Of a DNA stretch of 64,000 nt, positions 1 to 9,917 are shown piece after piece. The position numbers and the translations under genes are program-made. Source of the DNA: an uncultured Clostridia bacterium (GTDB lineage: Bacteria; Bacillota; Clostridia; TANB77; CAG-508); contig CAKPQL010000002.1 of assembly GCA_934178555.1 (NCBI GenBank), positions 23,419-87,418 on the forward strand, written 5' to 3'. The notes beneath the pieces are model-generated. The model was not told where the DNA came from, made no database searches, and saw nothing but the letters and a program-made list of their open reading frames with translations. Positions within the stretch are counted from its first letter, which is position 1, and each line of letters opens with the position of its first letter.

Positions 1-60
1 AATTCTGTATCAGAAAGTTCTGAATTTGCAGTATCATCAGAAGATGATTTACCATTTTAG
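1..60 (+). CDS. ssb: single-stranded DNA-binding protein, C-terminal fragment (truncated by window edge)
   Basis: Frame 1 reads NSVSESSEFAVSSEDDLPF*, the acidic DDLPF tail typical of bacterial SSB. It lies directly upstream of rpsR, as in the rpsF-ssb-rpsR operon. Confidence 0.7.
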   Translation, partial: NSVSESSEFAVSSEDDLPF

Positions 61-83
61 TATAACAATGGGGGTGAATAAAA

Positions 84-368
84 ATGGCAGATAGAAAACA
101 AAATAATAAAAGAAGAAACAATAACAATGGTGATGAAGATTTTAATCCAAGATTTAGAAAAGTAAGAAAAAAAGTTTGTGTACTTTGCAGTGATAAAAAT
201 TTTGTTTTAGATTATAAAAATCCAGAACAATTAAGAAAATTTATAAATGATAAGGGAAAAATCTTACCAAGAAGAGCAACAGGTGCATGTGCAAAACATC
301 AAAGAGATATAACATTAGCTGTTAAGAGGGCTAGACATATAGCTGTATTGCCATATACACAAAACTAA
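84..368 (+). CDS. rpsR: 30S ribosomal protein S18
   Basis: 94 aa. Contains S18 motifs (KKVCVLC..., [28 protein letters not shown]), and GGGGTG lies upstream of the ATG. Confidence 0.95.
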   Translation: MADRKQNNKRRNNNNGDEDFNPRFRKVRKKVCVLCSDKNFVLDYKNPEQLRKFINDKGKILPRRATGACAKHQRDITLAVKRARHIAVLPYTQN

Positions 369-371
369 TAT

Positions 372-396
372 AATGGCGAAGTTAAACTTCGCCATT
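372..396 (+). terminator. hairpin after rpsR (aatggcgaag/cttcgccatt)
   Basis: Perfect 10-bp stem with a 5-nt loop just after the rpsR stop. The T-tract is weak. Confidence 0.55.
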
Positions 397-434
397 AATG
401 TTATTAAAAAAATATAAAAATTTTAAAAAAAGTA

Positions 435-463
435 TTGACAACTTATATAAAATTTAGTATACT
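435..463 (+). promoter_or_regulatory. sigma-A type promoter for the tRNA cluster
   Basis: TTGACA (435-440), 17-nt spacer, TATACT (458-463), about 20 nt upstream of tRNA-Val. Confidence 0.6.
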
Positions 464-481
464 AATCAAGTCACAAGAAAT

Positions 482-557
482 GGGCGCATAGCTCAGCTGG
501 TAGAGCATCTGCCTTACAAGCAGGAGGTCATAGGTTCGAGCCCTATTACGCCCACCA
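482..557 (+). tRNA. tRNA-Val (anticodon TAC)
   Basis: Cloverleaf folded by hand. Anticodon loop is cTTACAa, the T-loop is GGTTCGAGCC, and CCA is encoded. One C.A mismatch in the acceptor stem. Confidence 0.88.
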
Positions 558-565
558 TTTTTTTT

Positions 566-642
566 GGCCTGGTAGTTCAGTTGGTTAGAACGCTAGCCTG
601 TCACGCTAGAGGTCGACGGTTCGAGCCCGTTCCAGGTCGCCA
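566..642 (+). tRNA. tRNA-Asp (anticodon GTC)
   Basis: Acceptor ggcctgg/ccaggtc, anticodon loop cTGTCAc, T-loop GGTTCGAGCC, CCA encoded. Confidence 0.9.
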
Positions 643-672
643 TTTTTTTGTTTATAAGAAAATTTTATATTT

Positions 673-748
673 GGCTCGATAGCTCAGTTGGTAGAGCAGG
701 GGACTGAAAATCCCCGTGTCAGTGGTTCGATTCCACTTCGAGCCACCA
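673..748 (+). tRNA. tRNA-Phe (anticodon GAA)
   Basis: Acceptor ggctcga/tcgagcc, anticodon stem-loop gggga-cTGAAAa-tcccc, T-loop GGTTCGATTCC, CCA encoded. Confidence 0.92.
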
Positions 749-755
749 GTAAAAA

Positions 756-786
756 GCAATATCTTGCAAAAGATGTTGCTTTTTTG
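756..786 (+). terminator. rho-independent terminator after the tRNA cluster
   Basis: gcaatatctt / aagatgttgc stem followed by TTTTTT. Confidence 0.7.
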
Positions 787-942
787 TATAAATGGGAATT
801 TTATTTTGATTTGAAGTTTTTATTAACATATTGTAAGTTTTGCTACCAAGAGAATCCACTTTTTATAAAAAATATCACTAAAACAGTTGATATTTTTTTT
901 TATTTAATATAAAATCTAAAAGTAAAAATAAAAGGAGGACTT

Positions 943-1602
943 ATGATTACTTTAGAAGATGTAAAAAATAATTTGGAAGTCCAAGAGCTAATAAAGGCTG
1001 CACAAAAACAATTAAATGAATTAGGATATACAGAACATTCTACACGACATGTAAACATAGTATCAAACAGAGCTGGCAGAATTTTAGAAACCTTAGAATA
1101 TCCAAAAGGAAGAATTGAACTTGCAAAAATTGCAGGATATTTACACGATATAGGAAATTGTGTGAATAGAACAGACCATGCACATTCTGGTGCAATAATG
1201 GCATATAACATATTAAAAGATATGGGGATGCCTATAGAGGAAAGAACAGAAATAATGATGGCAATAGGAAATCATGATGAACAAACCGGAATGCCGGTTA
1301 GTGATATTTCAGCAGCATTAATATTGGCAGATAAATCAGATGTACATAGAGATAGGGTAGTAAATACAAATATGTCTACATTTGATAAACATGATAGAGT
1401 AAACTATGCTGTTACAGAAGCAAACTTAAATATAGATAAAAAAGATAGAAAAGTAATATTAGATTTGACAATAGATACGAAAATATGCCCAGTATTAGAT
1501 TATTTTGAAATATTTATGGATAGGACAATGCTTTCAAAGTATGCAGCAAAATGGCTAGGAATATGGTTCGAATTAATAATAAATGACACTAAATTGTTAT
1601 AA
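943..1602 (+). CDS. HD-domain phosphohydrolase family protein
   Basis: 219 aa with H...HD (YLHDIGN) and GNHDE motifs of the HD superfamily. AGGAGG RBS. Confidence 0.7.
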   Translation: MITLEDVKNNLEVQELIKAAQKQLNELGYTEHSTRHVNIVSNRAGRILETLEYPKGRIELAKIAGYLHDIGNCVNRTDHAHSGAIMAYNILKDMGMPIEERTEIMMAIGNHDEQTGMPVSDISAALILADKSDVHRDRVVNTNMSTFDKHDRVNYAVTEANLNIDKKDRKVILDLTIDTKICPVLDYFEIFMDRTMLSKYAAKWLGIWFELIINDTKLL

Positions 1603-1650
1603 TATATGTTTTATTTAAAGATTTGTAAAAATTCAAAGGAGGAAATTAAA

Positions 1651-3015
1651 ATGAAAACAAGCAAAAAACTAAAGGCAGTAACATTAATATTAGTAATTTT
1701 ACTAATAACAATACTTTCATTTTTAGGAGTTTACAACGTAGCAAAAGTGCAGGGTGATAATTTAGTAAAAGATTATAATGTAGGAATGGATTTAAAGGGT
1801 AGAAAAATATTAAGATTAAAAGTTGATGATACTGTAAATGAAGTAACTTATGATAGTGAAGGAAATAAGGTGGAAAAACAAGAAGATAATGGACAATATA
1901 CAGTAGCTCAAGAACCGGTTAATAAGCCAGAAAATCTAAATAAAGAAAATTATAAAAAAGCAAAGAAAATAATTGAAGATAGATTGAATTCTATGGATGC
2001 AGAGGAATATAACATAAGATTTAATGAAGAAAATGGAACACTAGAACTAGAAATTATAGATGACGAATTAACTGATTATATAGTAGAAGCTATTAGAGTA
2101 CAAGGTGATTTTAGAATAATAGATACTGAAACTAAAGAAATTTTAATAGATAGAAGTCTTGTAAAAAAGGCAAATGTTTTATATAGTGCTACAGAGTCTA
2201 AATCTACTTCTGTTTATTTGGATATAGAATTTAATAAAGAAGGTTCACAAAAGCTAGAAGAATTAAGTAAAACATATATAAAAACAACAGAACAAGTAGT
2301 AAATGATGAAGGTCAAACTGAGGATAAATCAACAGAAAAAAAGATAGCTGTAAAAATTGATGATAATGAAATTATATCAACATATTTTAGTGAACCATTA
2401 ACCAATGGACACTTATACATATCTGTAGGACAATCTACAACAGATAATGCACAATTAAGAAAATATGCATTACAAGCCTCTATATATGCTGCAATAATAG
2501 AAAGTGATACAGTTCCATTTGTATATGCTGTTGATCAGAATAATTTTGTTGTATCAAATGTAAGTAAAACAATAATACCTATTGTTGCTGCTATTGTACT
2601 TGCATTAGAAGTTGTTGTACTAATTGTACTTTTTAAAGCTAAAGGAATAATTGCTTCTATATTACAAATAGGTTATGTTTCATTATTATTATTAGTTTTA
2701 AAATATACAAATGTATATATAACACTAGGTGGTATATTTGCAATAGTTCTATCAAGTATTATAAATGTTATTTTTATAGGAAAAGTATTATTTAGTGTAA
2801 ATAAAAACGAAGGTGTAGTAAAAGCAATAAATGAAAACTTAATTAAATTTATAAACATGAGTGTACCAGTCTTAATAGTTGCTATAGTATTCTGCTTTGT
2901 AAAATGGCTAGAAATAAATAGCTTTGGTATGATTATATTCTGGGGATATGTTGTATCACTTTTATACAATATATTATTTACAAAAGGAATATTGAAAAAT
3001 ATATTAGATAAATAA
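1651..3015 (+). CDS. SecD-like membrane protein (divergent)
   Basis: N-terminal TM, then VGMDLKGRKILRLKVDD resembling the SecD LGLDLxGG motif. A large extracytoplasmic region is followed by about 5 C-terminal TM helices. Start chosen at MKTSKK after AAGGAGG. Confidence 0.5.
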   Translation: MKTSKKLKAVTLILVILLITILSFLGVYNVAKVQGDNLVKDYNVGMDLKGRKILRLKVDDTVNEVTYDSEGNKVEKQEDNGQYTVAQEPVNKPENLNKENYKKAKKIIEDRLNSMDAEEYNIRFNEENGTLELEIIDDELTDYIVEAIRVQGDFRIIDTETKEILIDRSLVKKANVLYSATESKSTSVYLDIEFNKEGSQKLEELSKTYIKTTEQVVNDEGQTEDKSTEKKIAVKIDDNEIISTYFSEPLTNGHLYISVGQSTTDNAQLRKYALQASIYAAIIESDTVPFVYAVDQNNFVVSNVSKTIIPIVAAIVLALEVVVLIVLFKAKGIIASILQIGYVSLLLLVLKYTNVYITLGGIFAIVLSSIINVIFIGKVLFSVNKNEGVVKAINENLIKFINMSVPVLIVAIVFCFVKWLEINSFGMIIFWGYVVSLLYNILFTKGILKNILDK

Positions 3016-3045
3016 TATAAGCAAATGTGAAAGGAATGGTAAAAG

Positions 3046-3657
3046 ATGACAAAGGGTAAAAAAATTAGTTTATTAATAAGTATAATATTAATATTGATAG
3101 GAGCAGTAATTTTTGCTACAATGGGATTTAATTACGATTTAGCTTATGGAACAGGGAAAAGAATAGTAGTTCCAATGAAAGATGATTTTGCCATAGAAGA
3201 TTACAATAATATTTCAAAAGAAGTATATGGTGATGCAAAAGTAGAATTAATATCAATATTTAGAGATGGGGTATCAATAACAGTAAAAGATACAAATGAT
3301 GAACAATTAGACACATTAGTATCAAAAGTAAATGAAAAATATGGATATGATTATACAAGAGATGAGTTGAAAGTTACAGAAATTTCAAAAGTAGAAGTAC
3401 TTGACATATTAAAACAAGCTTTAATACCTGTTTTAACAACATTATTAATCGTTTTAGTATATATGATGATAAGGTACAGAAAAATGGGGTTAGTAAATAT
3501 AATATTAAATTTATTTTTGCCAGTAATTATTATGCAATTATTAGTTTTGTCAATATACTTGATATGTAGAATACCAGTAACAAATATATTATTACCAGTA
3601 TTATTAACAGTTTATATATTAAGTGTAATATATAGTACAAAACAATTAGAAAAATAG
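3046..3657 (+). CDS. SecF-like membrane protein (short, divergent)
   Basis: 203 aa. N-terminal TM, GFNYDLAYGTG (compare the SecF GIDFtGG motif) and C-terminal TM helices. Adjacent to the SecD-like gene. Confidence 0.45.
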   Translation: MTKGKKISLLISIILILIGAVIFATMGFNYDLAYGTGKRIVVPMKDDFAIEDYNNISKEVYGDAKVELISIFRDGVSITVKDTNDEQLDTLVSKVNEKYGYDYTRDELKVTEISKVEVLDILKQALIPVLTTLLIVLVYMMIRYRKMGLVNIILNLFLPVIIMQLLVLSIYLICRIPVTNILLPVLLTVYILSVIYSTKQLEK

Positions 3658-3771
3658 AATAGTATTCACAAAAAACAAAAACATCTAATATAATGTATTA
3701 GGTGTTTTTTATTATATTGAAAATATATAAAAAACAATTAATCACAATTCATTGAAAGAAAGTGAACACAA

Positions 3772-4128
3772 ATGAATATATGTAGAATAAAAGAGAAATT
3801 AATAAATATATTAAAAATGAATCTTAAAAGTTATAGAACTAATAGAAATATAACAGTAGACGAAGCAAAACAGATATTTGCAACAACACCTAATGCTACT
3901 TTGATAGATGTGAGAAGTAATCAGGAGTATCAGGAGTATCATATTGATGGTGCTATATGTATACCTTATTATGAAATAGCAAGAAGAATAGATAAAGAAG
4001 AACCAAATAAAAATGCTTTAATAATATTGTATTGCCAAAGTGGAACTAGAAGTAAAAAGGCGTTAGAAATATTATTAAAAAAAGGGTATCAAAATGTATA
4101 TCATATAAAAGAAGGTTTAGATGGTTAA
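3772..4128 (+). CDS. rhodanese-like domain protein
   Basis: Active-site loop YCQSGTRS and a typical LIDVRS...EY..GHI pattern. Confidence 0.75.
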   Translation: MNICRIKEKLINILKMNLKSYRTNRNITVDEAKQIFATTPNATLIDVRSNQEYQEYHIDGAICIPYYEIARRIDKEEPNKNALIILYCQSGTRSKKALEILLKKGYQNVYHIKEGLDG

Positions 4129-5003
4129 GAGTGTATTATATTATAAATATCACTAGGCAAATCGGTAGTAATACTGATTTGCTTTTTAGTTATAGGATGA
4201 ATAAAGGAAACTTTGTATGCATGTAATGCTTGTCTATCTATTAATTCAGAGCTTGTACCATATAGCGTATCACCAACAATTGGATGTCCGACAAACTTAG
4301 AATGTACACGTATTTGATGAGTACGACCTGTTTCTAAAACAAATTTTACTATAGATAGGTTATTAACAACTTTAATAACCTCATAATGGGTAATTGCGAT
4401 ATCTCCATTTTGAGATACTTCTCTTTCTATAATGCTATTTTCTTTTCTGGCTATAGGTGCAGAGATAGTACCTTGCTTTGGGGTTAATATACCATTTAGT
4501 ATTGCAATATACTCTTTTATAAAAATTTTAGATTTCATTTGTTTTACTAAATATTCTTGAATATATTCATTTTTGGCAAATAATACAATGCCAGAAGTAT
4601 CCTTATCTAGTCTATTAATAGGGCGAATTTTTTTATTAAAACCAATAGAATTAAAGTAATATTTTATTCCATTAGAAAGACTATCAGAGTAATGCAAATG
4701 TGAAGGATGGACCGGCATATGTGGAGGCTTATTTACAATTAATAAACAATCGTCTTCATACAAAATATCTAAATTGATTGGAGTTGGAACTATATTTGAA
4801 TTATCTTCTTCAAAATCAATAATTACTGTAATAATATCTCCAACAGAAATGGGATTCCAACTATAGGAAATGACTCCATTAAGGTAAATTTGACTTGCTC
4901 TTTTTAGCTTTAAAATAAGCCTATCAGACATATTAAATTCAAGTTTTAAAACATCAAGTATTTTTTTATAATTAATGTTAATATTTTTATATTCTAATTT
5001 CAT
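4125..5003 (-). CDS. RluA-family pseudouridine synthase
   Basis: 292 aa with an S4-like N-terminus plus the motifs HRLDKDTSG-like (NRLDKDTSGIVLFAK) and GRTHQIRVH. Confidence 0.85.
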   Translation of the reverse strand: MKLEYKNININYKKILDVLKLEFNMSDRLILKLKRASQIYLNGVISYSWNPISVGDIITVIIDFEEDNSNIVPTPINLDILYEDDCLLIVNKPPHMPVHPSHLHYSDSLSNGIKYYFNSIGFNKKIRPINRLDKDTSGIVLFAKNEYIQEYLVKQMKSKIFIKEYIAILNGILTPKQGTISAPIARKENSIIEREVSQNGDIAITHYEVIKVVNNLSIVKFVLETGRTHQIRVHSKFVGHPIVGDTLYGTSSELIDRQALHAYKVSFIHPITKKQISITTDLPSDIYNIIHS

Positions 5004-5152
5004 AAATACTCCTAAAATAATAATAACTATTATAACATGAAAAAGTATAAGTGTAAATTAATCATTATATTGAATAAAATCAAATAAATAATAATTTTAT
5101 CTTGACATATCATAATAAAATGTGCTAATATAATTATTGTTAATATAATTAT

Positions 5153-5235
5153 GCGGATGTGGCGAAACTGGCAGACGCGCTAGACTTAGGATCTAGTCCG
5201 AAAGGGTGGGGGTTCAAGTCCTCTCATCCGCACCA
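5153..5235 (+). tRNA. tRNA-Leu (anticodon TAG)
   Basis: Acceptor gcggatg/catccgc, anticodon loop cTTAGGa, long variable arm, CCA encoded. Confidence 0.9.
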
Positions 5236-5283
5236 ATAATAAATCTGTTCGAATTAACAGATAGATACAAAAATCAATCAGAA
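5231..5283 (+). repeat. direct repeat copy 1 (tRNA-Leu 3' end plus downstream flank)
   Basis: caccaataataaatctgttcgaaTtaacagatagataCaaaaatcaatcagaa recurs at 6427-6478 with 2 mismatches and 1 indel. Confidence 0.9.
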
Positions 5284-5805
5284 TAAAATCTGGTTGATTT
5301 TTTTGTTGCCTAAGAACAATATTAAGATCAGCCAAACGAAAGGAGGTACGAAATATGATATGGATTTTAAGCTAAAAAAAGACAAAAGGCTGAAATCAAG
5401 ACATAAACATTAAAGATATGGAAGGTTATAGAAAAATCAAGAAACAATTAAAATATAGAATTACACTTATAAATTTTGGAAAATATAAGCTTGTAATGTT
5501 TACAATGGCTAAACTAATGAAAATAGAAACAACAGAACAAAATAAAGTTGTATTGTATTTACATAATAATATAAATACAATAATGTAACACTCTTTAGAT
5601 ATTTACAAACTGTGTCAAAACTATTGAAAAACTAAATAAAAGATGATATATTATTTATGTTAATTTCTTTTCAATCCTGTTCTACAGGTGTATAGATAGG
5701 CAGTTATTATAAAATGAATATTTTCAGGAGGTGAAATAAAAAAATATTACAATTAAGAAACCGAAAAGTTAAAATCAATTACTACTTTTAAAGGAGAAAA
5801 TCATT

Positions 5806-6291
5806 ATGGATTATAACGAATATTGGGGACTTACAAACACAATCGATGCATATCTGGAAACGGGTAATTGTCAAATGTTGGCAAGTATTCAAAACTGCAT
5901 CAAGACTAAGGAAGGCTGTCGTGAAAAGCTTATAAAAGATTTGTTAGAATATCATGAGAGATATATTCAAGTATTCTCAACTGATGACCAAGTCAAGATT
6001 GTAAGTGATTTAGTGGCACAGATAAAGCAGAGAGAATATCTTGCTCACAGAGCGAGCTGGATATTGGCTTATGTCTCAGATAAAGCTTTGAATCAAATCC
6101 TTAGCAATGCCGATGATGTAGCATTAGTAAAAATAATGTATGAAATCAAAAGGCATATTAGGGTAATAGGAAATCGTTTGTGCGATTCGTCCACATACTT
6201 TTGGCTTCATTCTACTAACATCTTTTCAAGAATGGGCGAAAGAATGATGTGGCGAAACCTCTACAGAAAGTGTAAAAGAAATCTTAAGTAA
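5806..6291 (+). CDS. hypothetical protein (161 aa), visibly GC-richer than surroundings
   Basis: Clean ORF with a GGAG RBS and a terminator hairpin at about 6302-6347. No family recognised. Confidence 0.55.
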   Translation: MDYNEYWGLTNTIDAYLETGNCQMLASIQNCIKTKEGCREKLIKDLLEYHERYIQVFSTDDQVKIVSDLVAQIKQREYLAHRASWILAYVSDKALNQILSNADDVALVKIMYEIKRHIRVIGNRLCDSSTYFWLHSTNIFSRMGERMMWRNLYRKCKRNLK

Positions 6292-6426
6292 TATTTTATG
6301 TGTCTCAAAATAGTTGATATATCAATTGCTTTGAGGCACTTTTTTTAATTTAAAATTAAAACACTTGATTTTTATATCAATCGTCAAGAGAAACCAATGG
6401 CGAGTTGTAAATATCTACGTCATTGA

Positions 6427-6478
6427 CACCAATAATAAATCTGTTCGAACTAACAGATAGATATAAAATCAATCAGAA
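6427..6478 (+). repeat. direct repeat copy 2 (att-like duplicate of tRNA-Leu 3' flank)
   Basis: 52 nt nearly identical to 5231-5283. It lacks the 3' half of the terminator hairpin present in copy 1. Confidence 0.9.
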
Positions 6479-6658
6479 AATAATTAATAGTATCAAATTA
6501 TAAATAAGTAATAGAAAGGAGCTTTTAGAATAACTGAAAATATAGGAAATGATTGATAAAAGCGGATAAACATGATAAAATATTTATTGATACTTATTTT
6601 TAATACTATTGTTATATAAACGATTACCATATAGTAATTATTTTAAGGAGAAAATATT

Positions 6659-7651
6659 ATGATAATTGTAGAAGAATTTTTTAAAATGATAAAAGAAATA
6701 GATGGTTTTAGTGCTAAAAAAACGGAAAATGGAATCGTTTTTGTACCACCAAAATCAAAATATTTTTATATACCTAAAATTGTAGTTAATGATTTATGTA
6801 GATTTAAAGATGCTTTAGATAATTATATTGATGCAGTATTAAATACAGATATAAAATCTACTAAGATGGATGCAAAGCATGATGTACCTTATTTTTTATT
6901 TTGCCTCATAAAGAATTTGTCTAATTATGATTACAATAATTTTGAAGAATATATTGAAAAGTATACTGAATTTATAAAAGACGAAACTTTTTCGAAATAT
7001 AATCAAAAAACTAAAATAGGAATGCTAGATGAAAGAAATTCAATTTTAGTAAGAAGAACAGAAGAGTATTATGGAGCTGAAACGCCATATGTAATGAAAA
7101 CATTTATAAAAAATAATCACATTGAATATGAACTTCCTCTAATTAGATATGGAGTATCAGGAGATAAAAATGGTAAAACAGCATACATATGTATGGTGCA
7201 GAGAAAAAAACAATATGGAGATTCAAAATTTGCTAAAGAAATTGATAAGTTGATTAATCAAGTAAATAGTGGTGTAAAAAATATGAGAGATGTAACACCA
7301 AGTATGATATTTGTTTCAACCTTATTTGTGGGGATGCTTCAACATGAAGGAATTAATGATATTGTTATTCCAGATCTTCTACCAAGAAGATATTCTCATT
7401 TTCAGAATGTAACTTCAGAAGAACAGAGAGATAATATTCAATATAATGCAACCAACAAATTTTTAAAAATCTTTTTGAGATTGGAAGAACAACTAGATGG
7501 ATTTAAGATAAACGCATTACCCAATGATATAGATAGTTTAATGCATATATCTATTCAAAATAAATTAAAAAGTAAAAACGAATTTTTAAACAAGGCTTAT
7601 TTAACAGGATATCAAGATATATTAGACATAGATATGAATGATGAGAGATAG
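6659..7651 (+). CDS. hypothetical protein (330 aa)
   Basis: Long AT-rich ORF with an AAGGAG RBS. No recognisable motifs. Confidence 0.55.
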   Translation: MIIVEEFFKMIKEIDGFSAKKTENGIVFVPPKSKYFYIPKIVVNDLCRFKDALDNYIDAVLNTDIKSTKMDAKHDVPYFLFCLIKNLSNYDYNNFEEYIEKYTEFIKDETFSKYNQKTKIGMLDERNSILVRRTEEYYGAETPYVMKTFIKNNHIEYELPLIRYGVSGDKNGKTAYICMVQRKKQYGDSKFAKEIDKLINQVNSGVKNMRDVTPSMIFVSTLFVGMLQHEGINDIVIPDLLPRRYSHFQNVTSEEQRDNIQYNATNKFLKIFLRLEEQLDGFKINALPNDIDSLMHISIQNKLKSKNEFLNKAYLTGYQDILDIDMNDER

Positions 7652-7823
7652 ATATAATTTAAGGAAAATATTGAAAAAGTCAATAAAGAATGATAAAATA
7701 TTTTCATATTTAGTGGTTAGACGACCATTTTAAATAATATCTTTTCTATAGAAAGGATAATAATTAATGAGTATATAATAGAATAATGAACTTTTGACAA
7801 ATTTATATTTAGGAGGTTTATTT

Positions 7824-8030
7824 ATGGCAAAAATTGTTATTGAATATGAATTTGAAAAATGCAACAAGTGCCCATTTGTTTACACGGAGAGAACTGATAC
7901 CCCTGATTCTTTTGAATGTGCTACTGATTATTATTGTGGAGCACTCAATAGAAAAATACAGGGATATGTCGAGAGTTATAGTGAATTAATGGAAGTACCT
8001 AATTGGTGTCCTTATAGTAAGGAAAATTGA
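7824..8030 (+). CDS. small Cys-rich hypothetical protein (68 aa)
   Basis: AGGAGG 6 nt upstream of the ATG at 7824. Cys pattern CxxC...C...C...C. Perfect 10-bp hairpin downstream (about 8073-8097). Confidence 0.5.
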   Translation: MAKIVIEYEFEKCNKCPFVYTERTDTPDSFECATDYYCGALNRKIQGYVESYSELMEVPNWCPYSKEN

Positions 8031-8555
8031 ATGCTTCTCTTATTCATCTTAAAAAATATTTATTTTATGTACTCATTACTAAGGAACTCTTTTACAGAGT
8101 TCCTTTAGTTAATTTAAGAGTAAACTCTTGATTATACTGGAGCTCTTAAATAACATAAAGACAAAAAACAAATATTCCCAAAACATAAGTAGGATAGGAA
8201 TATTTGATGAAAAATGGAGTTATAAAGTTTGACTATATCTGTTATATTACAATTTGACAGATAGTTTAGGATTAGAACTTAAATAAGAGTACTTCAGTAA
8301 AAAAGTAGTATTATGATTTTTTGGCTTTTTTCTGTACAATAAAACAGTATTATAGTATAATAATTGAATGAGATATGAAAACGGAATAACTTGATAATAT
8401 GTTTGCAATTAAAAGAGAATGTTTTGTAAACACTGTTGAGAAAGTATAGATGTGAATTCAAAGTTTTGTAAAAAGTATGGTAGCGAACAAGAGTTATGAT
8501 ATGGATGCATAGGGGCGAGGCTTGGCTTCGCCCTTATATAAAGAGGAGAAATTTT

Positions 8556-9917
8556 ATGGAAATACAAAAAAATCAAGAATATATTGTTGATATAATAGAT
8601 AATGGATATGATGGAGAAGGAATTGCTAAAATTAATGATTTTACTATATTTATTCAAGGAGCAATTAAAGGAGAAAAAGTAAAAATTCTAATTTTAAAGG
8701 TAACAAAATCGTTTGCTTATGGAAAAATATTAGAAATAATAAATGCTTCTAAGAATAGAATAGAGGCAGATTGTAAAACATTTTCTCAATGTGGTGGTTG
8801 TACATTAAGACATATTGATTATAAAGAAACTTTAAATATAAAAAAGAATATAGTAAAAAATTGCCTATATAAGGAATTACATAAAGAAGTTGAAATAAAT
8901 GATACAATTGGAATGAGAAAGCCATTGTATTATAGAAATAAATTGCAATATCCAGTTGGAATTGATAAAGATGGAAAAACTGTTATGGGTATATATTCTC
9001 AAAGAACTCATAATATAATTGAAACTAAAGAAAATTGCTATATACAAAATGAAAAATGTTCAGAAATTGCAAATGATATATTCAAATTCGCTATAGAAAA
9101 CAATATAAAACCATATGACGAAAAGACTAACAATGGAACTTTAAGACATATTGTAATAAGAATTGGAATAAAGACAAATGAGATTATGATTACGCTTGTA
9201 GTAAATAATGATAAATTTAATAATCAAGGTCAATTTATAGAAAAATTAACTAAAAAATATCCTGAAATAAAAACAATAGTAAAAAACTATAATGATAAAA
9301 ACACAAATGTTATATTAGGAAGAAAAAATAAAGTAATGTATGGAGATGGATATATTTACGATGTTTTAGGAGAATATAAATTTAAAATTTCTCCATTATC
9401 ATTCTATCAAGTAAATCCGCTTCAAACAGAAGTGTTGTATAATAAGGCAATAGAATATGCTGGATTAACAGGAAACGAGACTATATTTGATTTGTATTGT
9501 GGAATTGGAACAATAGGAATATTTGCATCTGGTAAATCTAAAAAAGTATACGGAATAGAAGTTGTAGAACAAGCGATAGAAGATGCAAAGCAAAATGCAA
9601 AAATAAACAATGTAAAAAATGCGGAGTTCTTTGCCGGAGAGGTTGAAAGAATATTGCCAGATTTAATAGAAACAAGAAAAATATCATCAGATGTAGTGTT
9701 CATAGATCCACCAAGAAAAGGATGCGATAGTATAACAATAGAAACATTATTAAAAATAGAACCAAAAAAAATTGTATATGTAAGTTGTAATCCTGCAACT
9801 TTAGCAAGAGATATTCGATTATTAGAAGAAAAGTATGAATTAAAGCAAGTGCAACCAGTTGATATGTTTCCATATACAAGCCATGTGGAGTGTGTTACGG
9901 TGCTATGTTTGAAATAA
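8556..9917 (+). CDS. rlmD: 23S rRNA (uracil-5-)-methyltransferase RlmD/RumA family
   Basis: TRAM-like N-terminus, Cys cluster (CKTFSQCGGCTLRH) and a SAM fold (DLYCGIGTIG, DPPRKG, VSCNPATLARD). Start at MEIQK after GAGGAG. Confidence 0.88.
   Translation: MEIQKNQEYIVDIIDNGYDGEGIAKINDFTIFIQGAIKGEKVKILILKVTKSFAYGKILEIINASKNRIEADCKTFSQCGGCTLRHIDYKETLNIKKNIVKNCLYKELHKEVEINDTIGMRKPLYYRNKLQYPVGIDKDGKTVMGIYSQRTHNIIETKENCYIQNEKCSEIANDIFKFAIENNIKPYDEKTNNGTLRHIVIRIGIKTNEIMITLVVNNDKFNNQGQFIEKLTKKYPEIKTIVKNYNDKNTNVILGRKNKVMYGDGYIYDVLGEYKFKISPLSFYQVNPLQTEVLYNKAIEYAGLTGNETIFDLYCGIGTIGIFASGKSKKVYGIEVVEQAIEDAKQNAKINNVKNAEFFAGEVERILPDLIETRKISSDVVFIDPPRKGCDSITIETLLKIEPKKIVYVSCNPATLARDIRLLEEKYELKQVQPVDMFPYTSHVECVTVLCLK

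Noticed and set aside
688-912. 74-aa ORF in the track
   Set aside because: It starts inside tRNA-Phe (673-748) and runs through its terminator. No RBS, so it is a translation artefact.
5418-5588. 56-codon ORF (MEGYRKIKKQLKYRITLINFGKYK...) inside the tRNA-Leu islet
   Set aside because: It has no convincing RBS and a lysine/isoleucine-rich composition expected by chance in AT-rich DNA. I mention it only as a possible remnant.
8496-8555. N-terminal extension of rlmD given in the ORF track (MIWMHRGEAWLRPYIKRRNF)
   Set aside because: The extension translates a GC-rich leader hairpin (gggcga...tcgccc). A strong GAGGAG RBS precedes the internal ATG at 8556, where homology to RlmD begins.
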